Shown here piece by piece: positions 23,476 to 31,032 of a stretch of DNA of 33,955 nt. The notes below the pieces were generated by a model. The model did no database searches, was not told the origin of the DNA, and saw only the letters and a list, made by a program, of their open reading frames with translations. Both the position numbers and the translations under genes were made by a program. Numbering within the stretch: position 1 is the stretch's first letter; each line of letters opens with the position of its first letter. Where the stretch lies: positions 1 through 33,955 of the IMG/VR virus record IMGVR_UViG_3300045988_173800; one strand, written 5' to 3'. The stretch is from a virus.

Positions 23476-25143
23476 GTGGCAGTACGCCAGATCACCACAC
23501 GGCTTGCCATCGATGGCGAGCAAGAATACAAAAAGCAGCTCGCGGCGGTCAACCGCGAGCTGGGCAACCTCGGCGCGGAAATGAAGCTCGTCGACGCGCA
23601 GTTCAAGGGGCAGGCGAATAGCTCTGAGGCGCTGCGCGCCAAGCACAACCAGCTCAAGCAGTCTATTGAGCAGCAGACCGTCAAGGTCGAATCGCTCAAA
23701 GATGCGCTCGAGGAAGCAAAGCAGGCCTACACCGAAAATGACGCCCGCACCGACAGCTACCGCAGGCAGCTGCTCAGCGCGGAGACCGCGCTCGCGAAGC
23801 TTAACAGCGAGCTGAGCGAGAACGACAAACTGCTTAAAGAGGCTGAGAACAGCGCGGACGGCTGCGCGAAGAGCATCGACGGCTACGGCAAGGCGGTCAA
23901 GGATGCCGCAGGCAAAACCGATGATCTCGACGCTGGCCTCGGCGGCATTGGTGGCGCACTCAAGGGCCTGCGCAACGAGGACGGCAGCTTTAACCTTGGC
24001 GGCGTAACTTCAGCGCTCGGCAACCTCAAGAGCCTGCTGGTCGGCGGCGCCATCGTCACAGGCGCAAAGGCGGTCAAGGACGCGATCTTTGAGATCGTAG
24101 AATCGACCGCGGAATACCGCAAGATCATGGGCACGCTTGAGGTCTCCAGCGCGGCTGCCGGCTACACTGCCGAGGAAACCGCGCAAGTCTATCAGGAGCT
24201 GCAGGCCGTACTCGGGGACACGCAGACCGCCGCGACCGCGACGGCGAACCTGCAAGCCCTCGGCCTTGCGCAGGAAGACCTCAAAGTCCTTATTGACGAG
24301 GTCATCGGCGCGTGGGCGACCTACGGCGACTCGATCCCGATCGACAGTCTCTCCGAGGCCATCAATGAGACCGTGCAGGCAGGAAAGGTCACCGGCGTCT
24401 TCGCGGACGTGCTCAACTGGGCGGGCGTCAATGAGGACGAATTTAACGAAAAGCTCGCCGCCTGCGCGGATCAGTCTGAGCGTGCGCAGCTTGTGCTTGT
24501 GCAGCTTGCCAACCAAGGCCTGCGGGAGACCGGGCAGGCGTGGAAGGACGCCAACCAGGACATTATGGAAATGAACCGCTCGCAGGAGGCGCTCAACGCG
24601 GCGATGGCGCGGTTGGGCGAGCTGCTGACACCCATTGCGGCTGGTATCATCGGATTCACGGCGGACATTGTTGAGGGCGTAACGGCTGCGATCACTGCTA
24701 TTAGTGATCTGATCTCGAAGATCCGCGAAGCGCGTGAAGAAGCAAACGAGAAAAATGTGGAGCGCTCGTCCACCTCGAAGCTCTCCCGCTACCGCGCCGA
24801 GGCGAGGCTGCGCGAGCATCTTTCCGGCTCCCACGCCGCGGGGCTCGACCGCGTGCCCTACGACGGCTATCTCGCCGAGCTCCACGCGGACGAGGCGGTG
24901 CTCAACGCGCAGGAGGCCGCGCTGTGGCGCTCTGTGGGGCGCTCAGGCGCACGCGCCCTCCCGGCGGCGTATATCCCTGCCGCGCTCCCCGCAAACGCAC
25001 AGAGCGCTGCACGGCGCGAGAGCGTGACCATTGACGTCACGCTCGAGCTGGACGGCCAGACACTCGCGCGCAAGCAGTACCCGCTCATGCAGGCGGAGAG
25101 CCGACGGCGCGGCAAGCCGCTGGCCGGAAAGGAGGGCACCTGA
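23476..25143 (+). CDS. Tape measure protein
   Basis: 555 aa, coiled-coil rich, GTG start behind GAGGAGGGG, canonical position. Confidence 0.85.
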   Translation: MAVRQITTRLAIDGEQEYKKQLAAVNRELGNLGAEMKLVDAQFKGQANSSEALRAKHNQLKQSIEQQTVKVESLKDALEEAKQAYTENDARTDSYRRQLLSAETALAKLNSELSENDKLLKEAENSADGCAKSIDGYGKAVKDAAGKTDDLDAGLGGIGGALKGLRNEDGSFNLGGVTSALGNLKSLLVGGAIVTGAKAVKDAIFEIVESTAEYRKIMGTLEVSSAAAGYTAEETAQVYQELQAVLGDTQTAATATANLQALGLAQEDLKVLIDEVIGAWATYGDSIPIDSLSEAINETVQAGKVTGVFADVLNWAGVNEDEFNEKLAACADQSERAQLVLVQLANQGLRETGQAWKDANQDIMEMNRSQEALNAAMARLGELLTPIAAGIIGFTADIVEGVTAAITAISDLISKIREAREEANEKNVERSSTSKLSRYRAEARLREHLSGSHAAGLDRVPYDGYLAELHADEAVLNAQEAALWRSVGRSGARALPAAYIPAALPANAQSAARRESVTIDVTLELDGQTLARKQYPLMQAESRRRGKPLAGKEGT

Positions 25144-25514
25144 TGGCGAAATATCCCTTTATCGTGGACGGGCAGGACTTCACCGACCTCTTCCACAAGA
25201 CCGGCTACGAGGTCAGCTACGAGTTCCGCGAGGGCGAAAACGGCGGCCTCATGTGCTCCGGCGAGGAGCAGCGCGATCTGCTCGCCATCAAGCCGACGAT
25301 CGTCGGCACCACCAACGACGCGCCGACCGAGCGCATCACCGCGCTGCTGACGGCGTGCCTCAAAAACGAAGTCCTCTTCCGCTACTTCGAGCCCCGGACC
25401 GGCGCGGAGAAAACCATCACCGCGCACCCAACGGTCGACACCGTGTCCGTCCTGCTCGACGACAGCGGCACACATTGGTGGAGGGGCTTCCGCGTTACCA
25501 TGAGGGCAAAGTGA
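25143..25514 (+). CDS. Small tail component (distal-tail-like by position)
   Basis: GGAGGG RBS. 1-nt overlap with the tape-measure stop. No motif recognised. Confidence 0.5.
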   Translation: MAKYPFIVDGQDFTDLFHKTGYEVSYEFREGENGGLMCSGEEQRDLLAIKPTIVGTTNDAPTERITALLTACLKNEVLFRYFEPRTGAEKTITAHPTVDTVSVLLDDSGTHWWRGFRVTMRAK

Positions 25515-27763
25515 TGAGTCTGAACACCGTAAAATACAAAGGCGAGCTCCTCGCCGAGGACGAGCGCATCAGCACCGACACCCCCGGCGTGCTGGGCGAG
25601 TATAAGGAGCTGCGCGCGGACGCGCTCGAGGCGGACACGCTCGACATCACCGTTTTGTCCGAATCGGGCACGATCCGGAATTTCAAGAAAAACGACAAGG
25701 TCGAGTATTTCCGCTCCGGCAGCCGCGTCGGCGTCTACTACCTGCAGAGCGTCACGCGTGTGGGGCCGAAGCTCTACACGCTCTCTGCGCTTTCCGCGGT
25801 CGGGCTGCTGATCGTCCGGCCGCACCGCGGCGGCATCTACACCGGGCAGACGGTTGCCGAGGTCGTCGCGGAGATCTGCGGCGACATCCCTGTGCTTATC
25901 GAGACCGCCTACCGCGGCATCAAGCTCTACGGCTGGCTGCCCATCGCCTCGGCGCGCGACAGCCTCGTGCAGGTGCTCTTTGCCATCGGCGCGTGGCTGC
26001 ACACGGACGAGAACGGCACGCTGCGCGTGCAGAAACTCTGGGACGGCACGGCGAGCATCATCGGCCCCGGGAGCGTCCATGCCGCAAACATCCAGGTCAA
26101 GTACCTCGACCCCGTCAGCGCGGTCGCCGTCACCGAACACCAGTACATTGCCGGCACGGAGGACGTCACGCTCTTCGAGGGCACGGCCCAGCAGGGCGAC
26201 GTGATCGAGTTTGACGAGCCGGCGCACACGCTCACGGCCGAGGGCTTCACCGTCCTTGAGAGCGGCGCGAACTACGCCGTCCTCTCTGCGGGCACCGGCA
26301 AGCTCACCGGCAAAAGCTACGTCCACAACCGGCGCGTCGTCACGCGCACCGTGACCGAGGGCGCGGCGGAGAACGTCGAGGAGATCACCGACGCGACGCT
26401 CGTCTCGCTCGTCAACGCCTCAGCGGTCGCGCAGCGCATGGCAGCCTATTACGCCTGCCGCGAGCAGCTCACCGTGGACGTCAACCCCGCGGGCGAGCAC
26501 GCCGGGCACGTCGTCTCGCTCTGGAACGAGTGGGACAAACAGCAGACGCTCGCCTGCATCGCCTCGCGCGAGACGAAGATCTCCGGGCTGCTCAAGTCCC
26601 GCACCTCGGCGCTCGTCGGCTTTCTGCCCCCGCAGCCCGAAACCATGGAATACTACGACGAGCGCGTGCTGCTTACCGGCTCCGGCGAGTGGACGGTCCC
26701 GGAGGGCGTCACGAGCTACACCCGCGTCCTTATCGGCGGCGGTCACGGCGGCAGCAGCGGCCATCAGGGTGAAAGCCCCGCCGTGCGCGCATCGAAGACA
26801 TGGACCGAGGAATATGACTCTCTCAGACGCTGCGTCGGCCTTGACAACGGCGTCTCGCTGGAGGGCGGCAAGGGCGGCATGCCCGGCGTGCCGGGCGAAG
26901 GCGGCAAGGTGCTGGTCGAGACCGTCACCGACGCCGTACCGGGCACAAAGGTCTCCTATGCCTGCGGAAGGGGCGGCTACGGCGGCGTCTTTACGCAGGG
27001 CAACGACGCGGGCGCGCCCGGCACCGCGACCACAATGGGCGGCGCAACGAGCGACACAGGCTCGTCGAGCGAGGCGGGCTACACCGACGCGACCACGGGC
27101 GAGGTCTTTGCCGCCAAAGGCAAAAGCGGCATCGCGGGCAGCCCGGGCAACGGCTACACATGGGACGGCGGAAAGTATACCTACCAGCCAAGTCCCTCGA
27201 TCACCGTCGACGGTGTGACCTACTCCGCGGGCAAAGACAAAGAGGAGGTCGAGGGAGAAGACGGGCGGGGCGACTACAAAATCGCGCCCTACGGTTATGT
27301 CGGCTACAGCTGGCGCGGCGGCTACGGCGGCGGAGCGGCGGCAGGTTCCAACGGAAACGACGGCCTTGCAAACGGCAGCGGCGATGCTTATATCGGCTCC
27401 TCAAGCGCATTCGCGACGGTCACGGCGGCGCGCGGCGGCGCGGGCGCAGACGCAACGCCGCCCGCCAAGGAGAGCCGTTACGGCTTCGGCGGCACAAGCG
27501 GCCACGGCGGCGGCGGCGCAGGCTCCAACGGCGTGGCGGACGCACACCAGACATCGTCTGAAAATATATCAGTATCGCAGGCGTCTCTGACCGCGAGGGA
27601 CACCGAACCCGCCTCGGGCGGTCGCGGATCTGACGGCGGCGATGCAGGCGACGGCTGCATCATCATCTACTACCGCAAGCTCAAGCCGCTCAGCGCGGGC
27701 TGGCTGCGCGACAACACCCAAAAGCCGCTGCTCGACCGCCTCGGGCGCAGGATCATCGTTTAA
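25514..27763 (+). CDS. Large tail tip/baseplate protein with glycine-rich C-terminal region
   Basis: ATG 25514 within ORF frame 25031..27763. The C-terminal third is full of GGxGG, GxPG and GSxG runs and ends in GDGCIIIYYRKL. Confidence 0.7.
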   Translation: MSLNTVKYKGELLAEDERISTDTPGVLGEYKELRADALEADTLDITVLSESGTIRNFKKNDKVEYFRSGSRVGVYYLQSVTRVGPKLYTLSALSAVGLLIVRPHRGGIYTGQTVAEVVAEICGDIPVLIETAYRGIKLYGWLPIASARDSLVQVLFAIGAWLHTDENGTLRVQKLWDGTASIIGPGSVHAANIQVKYLDPVSAVAVTEHQYIAGTEDVTLFEGTAQQGDVIEFDEPAHTLTAEGFTVLESGANYAVLSAGTGKLTGKSYVHNRRVVTRTVTEGAAENVEEITDATLVSLVNASAVAQRMAAYYACREQLTVDVNPAGEHAGHVVSLWNEWDKQQTLACIASRETKISGLLKSRTSALVGFLPPQPETMEYYDERVLLTGSGEWTVPEGVTSYTRVLIGGGHGGSSGHQGESPAVRASKTWTEEYDSLRRCVGLDNGVSLEGGKGGMPGVPGEGGKVLVETVTDAVPGTKVSYACGRGGYGGVFTQGNDAGAPGTATTMGGATSDTGSSSEAGYTDATTGEVFAAKGKSGIAGSPGNGYTWDGGKYTYQPSPSITVDGVTYSAGKDKEEVEGEDGRGDYKIAPYGYVGYSWRGGYGGGAAAGSNGNDGLANGSGDAYIGSSSAFATVTAARGGAGADATPPAKESRYGFGGTSGHGGGGAGSNGVADAHQTSSENISVSQASLTARDTEPASGGRGSDGGDAGDGCIIIYYRKLKPLSAGWLRDNTQKPLLDRLGRRIIV
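25655..25671. repeat. 17-bp palindrome, copy 6 (two mismatches; read as LSESGT)
   Basis: TTGTCCGAATCGGGCAC, in frame in the tail protein. Confidence 0.75.
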
Positions 27764-27775
27764 GGAGGGCTTTCT

Positions 27776-28267
27776 ATGCCAGACGATTACTATGTTTCAA
27801 AATACTCCGGCGAGGAGATCGACGCGCTGCTCGGCGGCGCGGGCACGGGCACCGTCCGCTACGACGCGGCGCAGACCCTCACCGACGAGCAGAAAGCGCA
27901 GGCCCGGACGAACATCGGGGCGGACACCGTGCAGGGCGCGGTTCTTTATACACCGCAAAATCTTAGTAACGTGCAGCAACAGCAGGCGAGGGAAAATATT
28001 TTTGCTGCGCCAGCAGATAAGTTCCCATACTTTGCTGTTCCCACTGGGACTGCTATGGAAAAAACATTTGAAGTACCAAGCGTCTGGAGGACATATCTTG
28101 TCGTGTCAACTTATGCGGGCCAACTGGGGATGTGGATGGTTTTGCCAAATGACAACGTAGTCGTGCCTATAGTAGAAAATTCCGCGGTCACGATAACTTG
28201 TGAAGTAGGCAAAATCCACACAAAAGGAGCGCAAGTTATCACAATAATTTATCTTGGGAATTCTTAA
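27776..28267 (+). CDS. Tail fibre / receptor-binding-like protein with AT-richer C-terminal module
   Basis: N-terminal YSGEEIDALL. Repeats LTDEQKAQARTNIGA and LSNVQQQQARENIFA are typical of fibre shafts. Base composition drops visibly from about 27950. Confidence 0.6.
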   Translation: MPDDYYVSKYSGEEIDALLGGAGTGTVRYDAAQTLTDEQKAQARTNIGADTVQGAVLYTPQNLSNVQQQQARENIFAAPADKFPYFAVPTGTAMEKTFEVPSVWRTYLVVSTYAGQLGMWMVLPNDNVVVPIVENSAVTITCEVGKIHTKGAQVITIIYLGNS

Positions 28268-28426
28268 ACTGATTTAATTTTAACTGCACGAAATCAAGTC
28301 GGATTCTACCCTAAAAACTGCAACTTTTAAGGAGTGTGTTACGACGGAGACGATCGTCTGCGCCCTTATTACCGGGGGGCTGACGCTGATGGGCGTGCTC
28401 AACCCTTAGTAAGAATCTAACCTCAT

Positions 28427-28513
28427 ATGGTTACTACTCGTATCGCATCCGATGGCAAGGGCGAGCACGACTATGAAGAGATCACCGGCGAAAGCTACGC
28501 TGATGATAAATAA
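28427..28513 (+). pseudogene. Truncated duplicate of the 5' end of the downstream gene (28-codon ORF, no RBS)
   Basis: 28427..28457 matches 28544..28574 at 28 of 31 positions (ATGgtTACTACTCGTATCGCATCCGAtGGCA vs ATGacTACTACTCGTATCGCATCCGAcGGCA). Confidence 0.4.
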
Positions 28514-28543
28514 ATTTTGAACGAAGAAAAGGAGAACAAAACT

Positions 28544-28801
28544 ATGACTACTACTCGTATCGCATCCGACGGCAGACCCATCGAGGTCATCGACACCCCT
28601 GCGGGCCTGAGCGAGAGCGCGGGTGTCAAGAACAGCATCGTGCAGCCCGTCATGCGCCGCGACCTTTCCCGCGCCGGCACGGAGATCTATGTCGCCCCGT
28701 ACTACAAGCTCACCTATGACGCAGACGGCTACTGCGTCAAGATGACGGCCTGCGCCATCCCCGAGGACATCGCGGAAAAGCTCGCGGAGCTGAACAAGTA
28801 A
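28544..28801 (+). CDS. Hypothetical protein (85 aa)
   Basis: ATG 28544 behind AAAGGAGAA, within ORF 28517..28801. Confidence 0.6.
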   Translation: MTTTRIASDGRPIEVIDTPAGLSESAGVKNSIVQPVMRRDLSRAGTEIYVAPYYKLTYDADGYCVKMTACAIPEDIAEKLAELNK

Positions 28802-28822
28802 AAAAACCGCCCCGGAGGGCGG
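28800..28822 (-). terminator. Rho-independent terminator that is canonical only on the minus strand
   Basis: Plus strand reads A7-CCGCCC-CGGA-GGGCGG-CAAATT. On the minus strand the hairpin is followed by TTTTTTT. Confidence 0.55.
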
Positions 28823-28826
28823 CAAA

Positions 28827-28856
28827 TTGACAAAGCGCGGCAGACTGTGCTATAAT
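28827..28856 (+). promoter_or_regulatory. Near-consensus sigma-70 promoter with extended -10
   Basis: TTGACA (28827..28832), 18 nt, TGcTATAAT (28848..28856). Confidence 0.75.
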
Positions 28857-28910
28857 TCGCCTGCCGGTAAGAACGGCAAGGTTGTCCACTTCCTGCAAAG
28901 GAGGTGCGCG

Positions 28911-29000
28911 ATGGTTACATACGCTGATATGTTTACATATTCGCTTGTGCTCATCGGTCTTGCGTCTCTGATCTTCACGGTCACAAGACATAAGAAATAA
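28911..29000 (+). CDS. 29-aa hydrophobic peptide, holin-like-toxin (Hol_Tox) type; candidate type I toxin
   Basis: Hand translation: MVTYADMFTYSLVLIGLASLIFTVTRHKK. GGAGGTG RBS (28900..28906) can pair with CACTTCC (28887..28893). Confidence 0.6.
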   Translation: MVTYADMFTYSLVLIGLASLIFTVTRHKK

Positions 29001-29094
29001 CCGCCCACCATAGCGGTAAGCGGCGTTTCCTTCGAGCTATAAACTCACTGAGGGACGACCGCCACCAGCAATGGCAGCCGTTCTTACTGGCCTA

Positions 29095-29124
29095 AATATA
29101 GCACACCTAAAGCCGCTTTGTCAA
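29095..29124 (-). promoter_or_regulatory. Near-consensus minus-strand promoter convergent with the toxin promoter
   Basis: Minus strand reads TTGACA (29124..29119), 18 nt, TGcTATATT (29103..29095). It shares TTGACAAAGCG and GTGCTATA with the plus-strand promoter. Confidence 0.6.
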
Positions 29125-29146
29125 GCAAGACAAGGCGGCTTTTTTC
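29111..29146 (+). terminator. Rho-independent terminator of the toxin transcript
   Basis: AGCCGCTTTGTC-AAGCAA-GACAAGGCGGCT (one mismatch) followed by TTTTTT. Confidence 0.75.
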
Positions 29147-29173
29147 GCGCCGCCGGAAAGAGAGACAACGCCT

Positions 29174-29479
29174 ATGGAAAGTTTATCGAAATTAGCGGCG
29201 CTGTGCTCGGAGCTGACGGTGATCCTCGCGGCGGTCGCCATGCTCGTCAAGCCGCTGCGCAATAAAATGCTCGGGCTGGACAAGCTGACCGACGCGCTCA
29301 AATGCCAGCTCCGGCACGACATGCTGCACACCTACTACCGCCACAGAGAGGACCGCACCATCCGGCAGTACGAGCTGGAGGATTTTCTCTATCTCTACCG
29401 CGGGTACAAGGCCCTCGGCGGCAACAGCTTTATCGACCGCATCAAGTCGGAGATCGACGAATGGGAGGTGATCTCATGA
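29174..29479 (+). CDS. N-terminally membrane-anchored protein (101 aa), lysis-cassette associated
   Basis: Contains the LAALCSELTVILAAVAMLV helix. It is the first gene of the lysis block. Function not recognised. Confidence 0.55.
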   Translation: MESLSKLAALCSELTVILAAVAMLVKPLRNKMLGLDKLTDALKCQLRHDMLHTYYRHREDRTIRQYELEDFLYLYRGYKALGGNSFIDRIKSEIDEWEVIS

Positions 29480-30183
29480 GAGACATCAAAGGCTCGACCT
29501 CGGAGGAGGTGCGCATGATCCGCGCCATCCAACGCTCCGTCGGTGCGCTGGACAACGGCTGGATCGGCAACCAGACCATGAGCGACATCGCCGCCAAGCT
29601 CGGCGCGGACTGCTTTCCGCTCAACGTCGAGCTGTACGGTCAGCCCTGCATCATCGCGCGGGACATTGAGCCTGTCAACATGAGCGGGCCGCTGCCGCGC
29701 AACGCCATCTCGGGGAGCTTTTCTTGGCAGGGGCAGCCCTGCTCCATCCTCGTGCGCGGCGGCAAGGTCGTGCGCGGCATGAGCTGTCACTATCCTCGCC
29801 CCGAGAGCGTGCTCTACAAGACCTTAGATGGCGCGGTGCGCATCGCCAGCGTCTCCTCGGCAGCGGCGCTGGGTGACGTCGTGTGGGCGGTCGGCGGGCT
29901 TGGTCTGCTCGACCTCTATAACCCTGCCGCGGAGGGCTTCACAGGGGCGTACAGCGACGTGCTGCGCAAGACTAACCACACCGTCCTCGGCTACAAGGGC
30001 GGGCTGCTCTACGGCGTCTACTGCCGCAGCATGACCGCGCAGCAGGTCAACGCCTTTTGTCGGGACAAGCTCAAGCTGGAATACGCCGTCATGCTCGACG
30101 GCGGGCACGTCGCCGCCATCCACGGCGCGTGTAACAAAATCAACACAAACCAGCGGCAATATTACGCCGTGCGGTTTCTGTAA
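29476..30183 (+). CDS. Putative cell-wall hydrolase, phosphodiester glycosidase (NAGPA/DUF2233)-like, with PG-binding-like N-terminus
   Basis: ATGA coupling and GGGAGGTG RBS. N-terminal IRAIQRSVGALDNGWIGNQTMSDIA. C-terminal AVGGLGLL ... YAVMLDGGHVAA resembles the NAGPA DGGGS region. Confidence 0.45.
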   Translation: MRDIKGSTSEEVRMIRAIQRSVGALDNGWIGNQTMSDIAAKLGADCFPLNVELYGQPCIIARDIEPVNMSGPLPRNAISGSFSWQGQPCSILVRGGKVVRGMSCHYPRPESVLYKTLDGAVRIASVSSAAALGDVVWAVGGLGLLDLYNPAAEGFTGAYSDVLRKTNHTVLGYKGGLLYGVYCRSMTAQQVNAFCRDKLKLEYAVMLDGGHVAAIHGACNKINTNQRQYYAVRFL

Positions 30184-30194
30184 AGGAGGCAAAA

Positions 30195-30383
30195 ATGCAA
30201 AATCGACTTGCAAACCTTCTCACGGTCAAGAGCATCGTGACCATCGTGCTCACGGCGGTTTTCTCGGTGCTCGCCCTGCGCGGCAGCATCAGCGGGACGG
30301 AGTTTCTGACGATCTTCACGACCGTCATCGCCTTCTACTTCGGCACGCAGACCGAGAAGAAGAAAAATGAAGAGGTTTCTTGA
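30195..30383 (+). CDS. Holin (two TM helices, charged C-terminus)
   Basis: IVTIVLTAVFSVLAL and FLTIFTTVIAFYFG, then TQTEKKKNEEVS. AAGGAGG RBS. Lies directly upstream of the endolysin. Confidence 0.75.
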   Translation: MQNRLANLLTVKSIVTIVLTAVFSVLALRGSISGTEFLTIFTTVIAFYFGTQTEKKKNEEVS

Positions 30384-31029
30384 GACCCTGACCGCGTGGG
30401 AGGGCGCGGTGCGCGGAGACGCGGTGCACAAGCGCATCGTGGACGCCTACAACAGCTTCCTGCCCCATCCGCGCGGCTACAGGCTCACCTATTCGGACGA
30501 CTACTGCGCGGCGATGGTGTCCGCGGCGGCGATCCTCTGCGACCTGACGGATAAGATCCCGGTCGAGTGCTCCTGCGGCGAGCAGATGAAATGGTATCAA
30601 GCGCGCGGCCAATGGATTGAGGACGACGCGCATGTCCCCAAAATCGGCGAGCAGGTTTTCTACTGCTGGAACGACCGCAAGGACTACGCCCTCACGGACT
30701 GCACGGGCGCGCCCAACCACACGGGCATCGTGACCGCCTGTGACGATCAGAAAATCACGGTGTTCGAGGGCAACAAGGGCAAGGAGCACAAGTGCGCGTA
30801 CCGCATCCTCCCCGTCAACGGGCGGTATATCCGGGGCTTCGGCATACCGAAATACCCCGTGGACAAGACCGTGCTCACGCGCGGCGACAAGGGCGCGGCG
30901 GTCGGGAAGCTGCAAGAGCTTCTCAATGCCTGCGGCTATGCGCTGGACGTGGACGGTTCATTCGGCCCCGCGACGCAGAAGGCGTGGGGAGAGTACCTCG
31001 CCGCGTACATCCTCAAGGCCCTAAAATGA
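30367..31029 (+). CDS. Endolysin: CHAP-type domain plus C-terminal PG_binding_1 domain
   Basis: DDYCAAMVS (Cys), APNHTGIV (His), and C-terminal LTRGDKGAAVGKLQELLNACGYALDVDGSFGPATQKAW. Confidence 0.8.
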   Translation: MKRFLETLTAWEGAVRGDAVHKRIVDAYNSFLPHPRGYRLTYSDDYCAAMVSAAAILCDLTDKIPVECSCGEQMKWYQARGQWIEDDAHVPKIGEQVFYCWNDRKDYALTDCTGAPNHTGIVTACDDQKITVFEGNKGKEHKCAYRILPVNGRYIRGFGIPKYPVDKTVLTRGDKGAAVGKLQELLNACGYALDVDGSFGPATQKAWGEYLAAYILKALK

Positions 31030-31032
31030 TTT

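Larger units (their letters stand above)
28801..29088 (-). ncRNA. Candidate antisense (antitoxin) RNA; 3' end undetermined
   Basis: Inferred from the minus-strand promoter at 29095..29124 and the minus-strand terminator at 28800..28822. No plausible minus-strand protein ORF with an RBS lies in between. Confidence 0.35.

Noticed and set aside
26876-26896. GCCCGGCGTGCCGGGC near-palindrome in the tail gene
   Set aside because: It is unrelated in sequence to the 17-bp family. It arises from GxPG codon repeats in the Gly-rich region.
25514-28267. Diversity-generating retroelement targeting the tail or fibre genes
   Set aside because: There is no reverse transcriptase gene and no template/variable repeat pair anywhere in the window.
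28737-28991. 84-aa minus-strand ORF across the toxin cassette as the product of the minus-strand promoter
   Set aside because: It has no RBS, it runs through the minus-strand terminator, and its composition is Arg/Cys-rich. An untranslated antisense RNA is the simpler reading.
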